Positions 20,870 through 28,738 of a stretch of DNA of 38,206 nt are shown here, in pieces (within the stretch, counting starts at the first letter, position 1; each line of letters starts with the position of its first letter). Below the pieces are notes generated by a model. It saw nothing but the letters and a program-made list of their open reading frames with translations, was not told the origin of the DNA and made no database searches. Position numbers and translations under genes: made by a program. The stretch spans positions 1-38,206 of the forward strand of contig JANRJP010000121.1 of NCBI GenBank assembly GCA_033763905.1, read 5' to 3'. The DNA is from Gemmatimonadaceae bacterium. GTDB lineage: Bacteria; Gemmatimonadota; Gemmatimonadetes; Gemmatimonadales; Gemmatimonadaceae.

Positions 20870-23698
20870 TCAGCCCGCCGAACCGGCGGCCTCAAGCGTG
20901 CGCGCGACTTCCTCCTTCTTGTAGCACTCGAGCACGTCGCCGACCTTGAGATCATTGAAGTTCTCGACGCCGATACCGCACTCGAAGCCTTCCTTGACTT
21001 CCTTGACGTCGTCCTTGAAGCGGCGGAGCGACGCGAGTGCGCCGTCGTAGATCTCCTTGCCGTCGCGGATGACGCGCACGCGCCCCTGACGATTGATGAC
21101 GCCACTGCGCACGCCGCAGCCGGCGATGACGATGTTCTTGACCTTGAACACCTCGCGCACTTCGGCCTCGCCGAGGATGACTTCCTTCTCCTCGGGACGC
21201 AGCATCCCTTCGAGCGCCGACTTCACGTCCGCGACCGCTTCGTAGATGATGCGGTAGAGCTTGATCTCGACGCCCTCGCGATCGGCCGCGGCGCGCGCCT
21301 TGGCGTCCGGCCGGACGTGGAAGCCGATGATGATGGCGCCCGCCGTCTTCGCGAGCAGAATGTCGGACTCGGTGACTGCACCGACGCTGCGCTGGATGAC
21401 TTCGACCGCCACTTCGGCGTTCGACAGGCCCTGCAGCGAGTCGGCCAGCGCTTCGGCCGGACCGCCCTGGTCGGCCTTGATGAGCAGCTTGAGCGTGCGG
21501 CGTTCGCCGGAGCCGGCGGCCGCCATAAAGTCCTCGAGCGACATCGCGCCCTTGGCCTGACGACGGCTCTTCGCTTCGCGCTCAAGGCGCTCGCGACGCT
21601 GCGCGAGATCGCGCGCCGCCTCGGCGTCTTCGACGACCAGGAACTGGTCGCCCGCCATCGGGACGCCGGACAAGCCGAGCACCTGAATGGGGATCGCCGG
21701 GCCGGCTTCCTTCTGGTTCTTGCCGCGCTCGTCGAGCAGCGCGCGCACGCGGCCCGAGAACAGGCCGCAGATGAAGTCGTCGCCGACGCGAAGCGTCCCG
21801 TTCTCGACGAGCACCGTCGCGACCGGACCGCGACCCGGATCGAGCTGCGCTTCGACCACGGCGCCCTGCGCCGGACGGCTCGGGTTGGCCTTGAGTTCGA
21901 GCAGTTCCGCCTGGAGGAGGATCTGGTCGAGCAGTTCCGGGATGCCCTTGCCGGTCTTGGCGGAGATTTCGGACGAGAGCGTGGTGCCGCCGAACTCTTC
22001 GAGCACGACCGAGTGCTGCAGGAGTTCCTGCTTCACCTTCATCGCATTCGCCGACGGCAGGTCGGTCTTGTTGATCGCGACGATCATCGGCACGCCGGCG
22101 TTCTTGGCGTGCGAGATCGCTTCGATCGTCTGCGGCATCACCGAGTCGTCGGCGGCCACCACGAGCACGACGATGTCGGTGACCTGGGCACCGCGGGCAC
22201 GCATCGCGGTGAAGGCTTCGTGACCCGGCGTGTCGAGGAACGTGAGCTTGCGCCCATCGGCCGCGGTGACGTGATACGCGCCGATGTGCTGCGTGATGCC
22301 GCCCGCCTCGCCGGCGACGACATTGGCCTTGCGGAGGTAGTCGAGGAGCGAGGTCTTGCCGTGGTCGACGTGACCCATAATGGTCACGACCGGCGGCCGG
22401 CTCATCAGCTCTTCGTCCTTGTCGACGTATTCCTGCACGACGTCGGCCTGATACTCCTCTTCGCGCACGGCTTCGAAGCCGAATTCCGAGGCGATGAGTT
22501 CGATCTGGTCGAAGTCGAGGCGCTGGTTGATGGTGACCATCAGGCCCAGCGTCTTGAAGGCAAAACCGATGATCTGCGTCGGCGTGACCTTGAGGATCTG
22601 CGCGAGTTCGGAGACCGTGATGAACTCGTTGACGCGGACGGTGGTCTTTTCGCGCTCCGCCGCCTCACGCCGCTGCTGCTCCTGCAGTTCGCGTTCGAAT
22701 TCGCGCTCGAGGTCCGGGCGCGCGCCACGACGCCCGCCCTGCCCACGCAGGGAGTGCATCGTCTTGGTGATGTTGGCCGAGACCTGCGTCTGATCGACGC
22801 GCTTGCCCTTCTTGCCGCGGCGCGGCGGCATTTGGCCGGCGGAGGAACCACCGCCCATCGAGGGGGCCCCACCACCGCCGCCGGGGCGGCGATCGCCACC
22901 GCCCTGGCCGGGGCGGCTCATTCCCATGCCGCGCGGGTCGGAGGACGCGATCGGTCGCGGCGCACCGCTCGCGATCGGCCGTGGACGCGGCGCGCCGGGT
23001 ACGATCGGCCGCGGCTTCTGGCGGAAGTCGTTCCCAGCCGACGGCGGCGCCGAGGGCGCGGGCGGCGGCACGACGGCCGGCGCTGAAGCCGCCGGCGGGG
23101 TTGGCGCGGCAACCGGGGTAATCGGCGCGGGGGCCGGCGGCGGGGTCGCGGGCGAGACCTCGGCAGCCGCCGGCTCGACCGGCTGCGCGACCTCGGCGGC
23201 GGGACGCGCGATCTCTTCGCGCTCGGGGGCAGCCGCCGCGGGCGTCGGCTCGACAACCGGCTCCGGCTCGGGCGGCAACAGCGCGGCTTCCGCGGCCGCC
23301 TTGGCGGCCACTTCAGCGGCGGTGCGACGACGGACGACCGGCTTGGCTTCCTCGACCACCGGCTCGGCCGGTACTTCCGGCTCGTCCTTCTTGGCCGCGG
23401 CACGACGACGCGTGGGCTTCGGCGCTTCCTCTTCGACCGGTGCGGCGTCGGGCGACGGCGCCGGGGCGTCAGCGGTGGCCGCCCGACGGCGGCGCGCCCC
23501 ACCCGGTGCCGGCTCAGGGGGCTTCTGCCGGTTGCGCTTCTCGCGCTCCCACCGGGCACGCGCGCGCGCGACCTGATCCTCGGTCATCACGCTCATATGC
23601 GTGCGTACCGGGATGTCGATTGCCTTCAGCAGGCTCAGTACCTCTTCGGCACCGATCCCGAACTCCGTCGCCAGATCCGTCACCCGCAGCTTGCTCAC
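20870..23698 (-). CDS. infB: Translation initiation factor IF-2
   Basis: RPPVVTIMGHVDHGKTSLLD, GEAGGITQHIGAY, DTPGHEAF, NKTD and SLRRFKDDVKEV. Pro/Ala-rich N-terminal linker. GTG start with SD GGAGGAG. Confidence 0.99.
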   Translation of the reverse strand: MSKLRVTDLATEFGIGAEEVLSLLKAIDIPVRTHMSVMTEDQVARARARWEREKRNRQKPPEPAPGGARRRRAATADAPAPSPDAAPVEEEAPKPTRRRAAAKKDEPEVPAEPVVEEAKPVVRRRTAAEVAAKAAAEAALLPPEPEPVVEPTPAAAAPEREEIARPAAEVAQPVEPAAAEVSPATPPPAPAPITPVAAPTPPAASAPAVVPPPAPSAPPSAGNDFRQKPRPIVPGAPRPRPIASGAPRPIASSDPRGMGMSRPGQGGGDRRPGGGGGAPSMGGGSSAGQMPPRRGKKGKRVDQTQVSANITKTMHSLRGQGGRRGARPDLEREFERELQEQQRREAAEREKTTVRVNEFITVSELAQILKVTPTQIIGFAFKTLGLMVTINQRLDFDQIELIASEFGFEAVREEEYQADVVQEYVDKDEELMSRPPVVTIMGHVDHGKTSLLDYLRKANVVAGEAGGITQHIGAYHVTAADGRKLTFLDTPGHEAFTAMRARGAQVTDIVVLVVAADDSVMPQTIEAISHAKNAGVPMIVAINKTDLPSANAMKVKQELLQHSVVLEEFGGTTLSSEISAKTGKGIPELLDQILLQAELLELKANPSRPAQGAVVEAQLDPGRGPVATVLVENGTLRVGDDFICGLFSGRVRALLDERGKNQKEAGPAIPIQVLGLSGVPMAGDQFLVVEDAEAARDLAQRRERLEREAKSRRQAKGAMSLEDFMAAAGSGERRTLKLLIKADQGGPAEALADSLQGLSNAEVAVEVIQRSVGAVTESDILLAKTAGAIIIGFHVRPDAKARAAADREGVEIKLYRIIYEAVADVKSALEGMLRPEEKEVILGEAEVREVFKVKNIVIAGCGVRSGVINRQGRVRVIRDGKEIYDGALASLRRFKDDVKEVKEGFECGIGVENFNDLKVGDVLECYKKEEVARTLEAAGSAG

Positions 23699-24057
23699 CT
23701 GCTCCTCCGTGTGCCATCGGCGTCGCGCGTAGCCTGCCTCGCGCCGCCCTCGAGCACCTGTCGTATACCCCGCGCTAGCGCGGCGTCGGTCACCCCGAGC
23801 GCCGTCACCGTCTAGCGCCCGACGGCCGCCCCGAGGGCGTGCGTGTCGAGCCCGTCACTCCACCGTACCCGACGTGCGTCGAGTAGCGGCACCACTTTGT
23901 CCCGCGAGTTGGCCGAGGCATCCGGCGCGACGAACGCGAAAGCGACAGTCCCCTTCTTGACCGCCGCCCGGAGCAGGTCCACCCCCACGATGACATTCCG
24001 CGCGCGCGCGCCGAGCCCGAGCAATCCGGACACCTTCGCGCGCGACGCGTCGTCCAC
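23695..24057 (-). pseudogene. ylxQ: L7Ae/YlxQ-family RNA-binding protein interrupted by an in-frame TAG at 23812-23814 (81 aa to the TAG, 120 aa if read through)
   Basis: GLLGLGARARN…G, A.DAS.NS..K and LGAAVGR*TVTALGVTDAALARGI. The family's C-terminal 'LG.A.G+….v.+.D..fA' motif continues past the TAG. The frame then ends at a TGA overlapping the infB GTG. Confidence 0.8.
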
Positions 24058-25374
24058 TTACCCCTCCTGCGACTCGCCGGCGGACGAACTGTCCTCGGTG
24101 AGCTCGGAGAGAATGCCCATAATCCGATCGGCCTCTTCCGGCGCGATGCCGGGGAGCTTGAGGAAGTCCTCGCGCTCGAGGTCGATGATGTCGTTGAGCG
24201 TGCGGAACCCGGCGTGCTCGAGCACCGCCACCGTCGCCTCCGGCATCCCGGCCAGATCCGACAGACGCACGTCGGCGACCTGTTCGTCGGGCAAGGGCGC
24301 GAAGAAGGTCTCGGCGCCACCGCGCTCCATCCACTCGCGGCTGGAGTAGAGATCGATCTTCCACCCGGCGAGTTCCGAGGCCAAGCGCACGTTCTGGCCG
24401 TTGCGCCCGATGGCCAGCGAGAGCTGGTCTTCGTCGACAATGGCCTGGATCGTCTTCGTGGCCGGATCGCTGAACACGCGCGCGACCTTCGCCGGCGCGA
24501 GCGCCAGCTTGGCGAAGCGCTCCGGATCGGGCGACCACGGCACGATGTCGATGCGCTCACCGCCGAGTTCGTTCACGACGGCCTGCACACGCGCGCCCTT
24601 GAGGCCGACGCAGGCACCGACCGGATCGATGGCGTCGTCCTTCGAGAAGACCGCGATCTTGGTGCGGCTGCCGACTTCACGCGAGGCCGCGCGGATCTCG
24701 ACGACGCCGCTCTGCAGTTCGGGCACTTCGAGCTTGAAGAGCGCCTGCACGAAGAGCGGGTCGGCGCGCGACAGGATGAGCCGCGGCCCCTTGGGAGTCT
24801 CTTCGACGCGCTTGAGCACCGCGCGGATCGGCTCGCCCTGGTGGTGATGCTCGCGATGGTTCTGCTCGCGGTAGGGCATCAGGGCCTCCGCTTCGCGGAA
24901 CTTGTTGAGCATCACGACGATCTTGCCGCGCTCGATCTGCTGCACTTCGCCCGAGAAGAGTTCGCCGATGCGGTGCGAGAACTCGTCGCGGATGCGGGTG
25001 CGCTCGCCCTCGCGGACGCGCTGGATGATGCGCTGCTTGGCCGCCTGCACGGCGGCGCGACCGAACTCGGCGAAGTCGACGGGAATTTCCATCACGTCGC
25101 CGACCTGGAAGCTTTCGTCCTCGTAGCGCGCTTCCTCGAGCGACATTTCGCGCGCGGCGTCGGTCACTTCCTCGACGACGGTCTTGAGCATCGTGATCTT
25201 GATCTGTCCCTTCTGATCATCGATCTCGACTTCGGCCTGGACCGTCGGCCCGTGCTTGCGCGCGAGCGCAGCCAGAATGCCGTCCTGCAGCAGTGCGTGC
25301 AGTTCGGTCTTGTCGAGCGACTTCGCATTCGCGAGTTCGCGGAAAGCACTGAGAATGTCGGCGGAACCCGCCAT
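24058..25374 (-). CDS. nusA: Transcription termination/antitermination factor NusA
   Basis: FGRAAVQAAKQ, ILSRA, G.RTKIAV, DPVGACVGLKGARV, LSLAIGRNGQNVRLA and a C-terminal HhH-like repeat. ATG start at 25374. Confidence 0.99.
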   Translation of the reverse strand: MAGSADILSAFRELANAKSLDKTELHALLQDGILAALARKHGPTVQAEVEIDDQKGQIKITMLKTVVEEVTDAAREMSLEEARYEDESFQVGDVMEIPVDFAEFGRAAVQAAKQRIIQRVREGERTRIRDEFSHRIGELFSGEVQQIERGKIVVMLNKFREAEALMPYREQNHREHHHQGEPIRAVLKRVEETPKGPRLILSRADPLFVQALFKLEVPELQSGVVEIRAASREVGSRTKIAVFSKDDAIDPVGACVGLKGARVQAVVNELGGERIDIVPWSPDPERFAKLALAPAKVARVFSDPATKTIQAIVDEDQLSLAIGRNGQNVRLASELAGWKIDLYSSREWMERGGAETFFAPLPDEQVADVRLSDLAGMPEATVAVLEHAGFRTLNDIIDLEREDFLKLPGIAPEEADRIMGILSELTEDSSSAGESQEG

Positions 25375-25411
25375 TGCTACGCCCCTGCGTTCGAAACGCC
25401 TTGTAACGCCG

Positions 25412-25873
25412 TTAACGCTTCCAGTTGAACGCGAGCCGAGCATCCTTCACCTCGGCCAGCGGCACCCGATACTCACCTTGTGCATCGCGTAGGACGCCGA
25501 CCTCGGCCCCCTCGTCACCCTCGACGGCGATGATCTCCCCTTCCTTGCGGCCGTTGAGCGCCGGACTGTTCACGCTCGCGTGCCGCCCTACGAACCGCTT
25601 CCAGTCCGCCGCGTGCCGCAGCGGCCGTTCCATACCAGGTGACGAGACTTCGAGCACGTAGGCTTCGCCGGCCACCTTCGACGCATCCAGTGCCGCCTCG
25701 ATTGCCCGGCTGACCTGCGCACAATCCCCGACCGTCACCTTCGTGCCGTCCAGTCGATCGATCCGCACATCGAGCACGGGGCGCTGACGCGACCCGCGAA
25801 CGGTGCACGAGAACAATTCGAACCCGAGTGCCGCAACTTCTTGCGCCACAACGGGTTCGATCGCATTAGCCAT
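25412..25873 (-). CDS. rimP: Ribosome maturation factor RimP
   Basis: DC..VSR, Y.LEVSSPGMERPL. First gene of the nusA-infB operon. Confidence 0.97.
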   Translation of the reverse strand: MANAIEPVVAQEVAALGFELFSCTVRGSRQRPVLDVRIDRLDGTKVTVGDCAQVSRAIEAALDASKVAGEAYVLEVSSPGMERPLRHAADWKRFVGRHASVNSPALNGRKEGEIIAVEGDEGAEVGVLRDAQGEYRVPLAEVKDARLAFNWKR

Positions 25874-25896
25874 CGTCGTTCAACCAGTTGTTGCAG

Positions 25897-25926
25897 AAAA
25901 AAAGTGTGGGGGACAGCCCCCACACT
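25897..25926 (-). terminator. Intrinsic terminator/attenuator in the rimP leader
   Basis: Perfect 10-bp stem AGTGTGGGGG-CTGT-CCCCCACACT ending in a run of 7 T, 23 nt upstream of the rimP ATG. Confidence 0.85.
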
Positions 25927-25951
25927 CTTCGCCCGTGTGGGCGAGCATTAC

Positions 25952-25980
25952 AAGGTACGGGCCGGTCAGCGGGTGGTCAA
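25952..25980 (-). promoter_or_regulatory. sigma70 promoter of the rimP-nusA-infB operon
   Basis: TTGACC (25980-25975)-N17-TACCTT (25957-25952), overlapping the pgeF 3' end. Confidence 0.7.
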
Positions 25981-26709
25981 GGTTGCGCAGACGATGACCC
26001 CGAGCTGACGGCCGCTATCCCCCGCCCGGTGCGAGTAGAGCCGCTCGCCGTCGCACCGCGTGCATAACGGGCTCACCGACACATCGCGCACCCCGAGTCC
26101 GCGGGCCTGCTCCCTCAGCACGCCGCGCAGATCCACCCGCGTCGGGCTCGAGACGGCGGTTCCAGTCAGCTGCTGATACACGTCCGGGCCGACCTCGTAG
26201 CAGGTCCCACAGATCGCCGGCCCGAAGTGCACCACCACATCGGACGCCGCGTGCCCCGCTCGGACGAACGCCGAGAGCCCGCGATCCAGAATGCCCGCGA
26301 CCGTTCCCCGCCACCCGGCGTGGAGGATTCCCACCATCCCCGACGGATGGCCGAGAAAGATCGGCACACAGTCGGCGACCCCGACGCAGAGCGCCGTCCC
26401 GGGCGCTGCGGTGACGTGCCCGTCTGCGCCGTCGGCCCGAAGCCAGCCGCGCCAGCCGTCCCCGTGGGCGAGCACCGTGGCTTCGTGCACCTGCCGAGCG
26501 CTCGCGAGCCGGGACGCGCCGTACTCGGCCTGCAACGCCTGTGCGAGCGCGTGCCATCGCGGTACGACGTCGCCCGCCGCATCGGTGCCGTCGAGCCGGT
26601 ACGTCCCCTGGGCACGCGTGGTGGTGAACGCGGGGATGCCGATGGCCTGCAGCGACGGCACCGGCAGCACCGTCGCGAGCGACGACCGGTCGACCGCTAC
26701 CTCAGACAC
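25966..26709 (-). CDS. pgeF: PgeF/YfiH family (peptidoglycan editing factor / purine nucleoside phosphorylase, laccase-like domain)
   Basis: RQVH, ADG, VADCVPI, HAGWRG, GPAICG.CYEVG, CT.C and SHR motifs. Confidence 0.92.
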   Translation of the reverse strand: MSEVAVDRSSLATVLPVPSLQAIGIPAFTTTRAQGTYRLDGTDAAGDVVPRWHALAQALQAEYGASRLASARQVHEATVLAHGDGWRGWLRADGADGHVTAAPGTALCVGVADCVPIFLGHPSGMVGILHAGWRGTVAGILDRGLSAFVRAGHAASDVVVHFGPAICGTCYEVGPDVYQQLTGTAVSSPTRVDLRGVLREQARGLGVRDVSVSPLCTRCDGERLYSHRAGDSGRQLGVIVCATLTTR

Positions 26710-26725
26710 GGGGATCGGCGCGGCC

Positions 26726-28012
26726 TCAGGACTCGACGCGCTGGATCTTGGCGCCGAGTGCGCGCAGCCGCTCGTCGATGCGTTCGTAGCCGCGCTCGAT
26801 CTGCCCGACGTTGTTGATCGTGCTCCGGCCCGTGGCGGCGCACGCGGCGAGGAGCATCGCCATCCCCGCGCGAATGTCGGGCGACTCGACCGTCGCCGCG
26901 CGCAGTGGGCTCGGCCCGGCCACCAGCGCGCGATGCGGATCGCACAGCACGATGCGGGCCCCCATCGCCACGAGCTTGTCGACGAAGAACATCCGCGACT
27001 CGAACATCTTCTCGTGCATCAGGATCAGACCGTCGCACTGCGTCGCGGTGACGATCGCGATCGACATCAAGTCGGCGGGAAACGCCGGCCACGGCTGGTC
27101 TTCCAGCTTGGGGACCGCGCCCCCGAGATCGGGCTGAATGACCAGCGGCTGCGAGGCCGGCACGACCAGATCGGCGCCGTCGGCCACGGTGTGCACCCCC
27201 AAACGCTCGAAGCCCATCCGCACCATTCGCAGATGCTCGATGCCGGCGTTGGCGATGCGAATCTCGGAGCGCGTGACCGCCGCCAGCCCGATGAAAGAGC
27301 CGACCTCGATGTGATCGGGACCGATCGCGTGGGTGCAGCCGTGCAGGGCCGTGCCCCCGTGGATGGTGATCGTGTTCGTGCCGATGCCCTCGATGTTCGC
27401 GCCCATCGCGACGAGCATCCGGCAGTGATCCTGCACGTGCGGTTCGCTCGCCGCATTGCGCAAGATCGTCGTGCCTCGCGCGGCGATGGCGGCGCAGAGG
27501 GCGTTCTCGGTGCCCGTGACCGACGGCTCGTCGAGGAGGATATCGGCGCCAACCAGTTGCGACGCCTTGATGACGAACCGCTCTCCCACGCTGTAGGTCG
27601 CACCGAGGCGCTCGAACGCAAGGAAGTGCGTGTCGACGCGACGGCGCCCGATGACGTCACCGCCGGGTGGCGGCAGGACGACTTCACCGCAGCGGGCGAG
27701 CAGCGGGCCGGCCAGCAGAATCGACGCGCGGATCTTGGCGCAGAGCACGGGATCGAGATCGGCGGCGCGCACGGTGGCGGCGTGAATGCGGAGCGCATTC
27801 CGTCCCGTCCACTCCGCCGATGCCCCGACCGACCGGACGAGATCGACGAGCGTCTCGACATCGCGAATGCGGGGCACGTTCTCGAGCAGCACCGGCTGAT
27901 CGGTCAGCAGGGCCGACGCGATGATCGGGAGCGCGGCGTTCTTGTTGCCGGACGGGCGCACGGTGCCGCTGAGCGGGTGACCGCCGTCGACGATGAACTG
28001 CAGTTGGGCCAT
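26726..28012 (-). CDS. murA: UDP-N-acetylglucosamine 1-carboxyvinyltransferase (Asp variant at the Cys115 position)
   Basis: SGNKNAALP, RASILLAGPLLAR, PGGDVIGRR, SVTGTEN, NAASEPHV, PAFPAD and DIRAG. ATG at 28012 or 28018. Confidence 0.98.
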   Translation of the reverse strand: MAQLQFIVDGGHPLSGTVRPSGNKNAALPIIASALLTDQPVLLENVPRIRDVETLVDLVRSVGASAEWTGRNALRIHAATVRAADLDPVLCAKIRASILLAGPLLARCGEVVLPPPGGDVIGRRRVDTHFLAFERLGATYSVGERFVIKASQLVGADILLDEPSVTGTENALCAAIAARGTTILRNAASEPHVQDHCRMLVAMGANIEGIGTNTITIHGGTALHGCTHAIGPDHIEVGSFIGLAAVTRSEIRIANAGIEHLRMVRMGFERLGVHTVADGADLVVPASQPLVIQPDLGGAVPKLEDQPWPAFPADLMSIAIVTATQCDGLILMHEKMFESRMFFVDKLVAMGARIVLCDPHRALVAGPSPLRAATVESPDIRAGMAMLLAACAATGRSTINNVGQIERGYERIDERLRALGAKIQRVES

Positions 28013-28081
28013 TGGCAATGAAGTGAGGGCGGCGAAGGATGCCGGATGCGCAGAGCAGAATCAACGGGGCGGTGCCATCCC

Positions 28082-28111
28082 TTGTGTCGCTCGTTGCGGG
28101 GGTCGTACGAT
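28082..28111 (+). promoter_or_regulatory. sigma70 promoter giving a probable leaderless transcript
   Basis: TTGTGT-N18-TACGAT, then 6 nt to ATG 28118. No SD sequence. Confidence 0.55.
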
Positions 28112-28117
28112 TGACGG

Positions 28118-28738
28118 ATGCAGCCTCTGCTTCTCGTGACACGCGACTGGTTCGAGATCCTGACCGGGGTCGCGCAGATGATCACGGCGCTGGCGATCGT
28201 CGCAGTGGCGGTGTTTGCGGCCGGCACGGCGTGGGCCGTGCGGGCGGCGACGCGCGGACTGGTGAAGTCGCTCGAAGGGGCGCAAGGGGAGTTGGTGCCG
28301 CTCCTCAAGCAGGCGCGCGCCATTGCCGACGACGTCAAGGGCATGACCGACGCCGCGGCCGGCGAAGTGGCCCGTGTCCGCGCCTTGGTCGAGCAGACGA
28401 CCGGCAAGGCCGAGACTGCGCTGGCGGCCGCCGAGAGTCGGCTGCGGCGACTCGATGCGCTCGCCGGCATCGTGCAGGATGAGGCCGAGCACGCGGTGGT
28501 GAGCGTCGCGAGCGCAGTCCGGGGCACGACCTCCGCGATTTCGGCCCTGCGCTCCGACCTGCTGGGAGGCGGTGACACCGACGACGCCGATCTGGACGAT
28601 GAGGACGCGGACGAGGCGGACGCGGACGACGACGCGGATGCCGACCTGCCCGCCGCGGCCTCGACGCCGTCGGAGGTCGCCGACGAGGACACCGCGGCCC
28701 GCCCCCGGGCACGTCACCGTCGTCCGCGTCGTGCCTAG
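28118..28738 (+). CDS. Membrane-anchored coiled-coil protein (DUF948-like) with acidic low-complexity tail
   Basis: One N-terminal TM helix, a heptad Ala/Leu-rich helix, a D/E-rich tract and an Arg-rich end. Its stop overlaps the next gene's GTG. Confidence 0.7.
   Translation: MQPLLLVTRDWFEILTGVAQMITALAIVAVAVFAAGTAWAVRAATRGLVKSLEGAQGELVPLLKQARAIADDVKGMTDAAAGEVARVRALVEQTTGKAETALAAAESRLRRLDALAGIVQDEAEHAVVSVASAVRGTTSAISALRSDLLGGGDTDDADLDDEDADEADADDDADADLPAAASTPSEVADEDTAARPRARHRRPRRA

Noticed and set aside
22850..23520. Pro/Ala/Glu-rich repetitive stretch in infB
   Set aside because: This is the normal variable linker of IF-2's N-terminal region, not a repeat element. An internal IF2-beta start cannot be supported from sequence alone.
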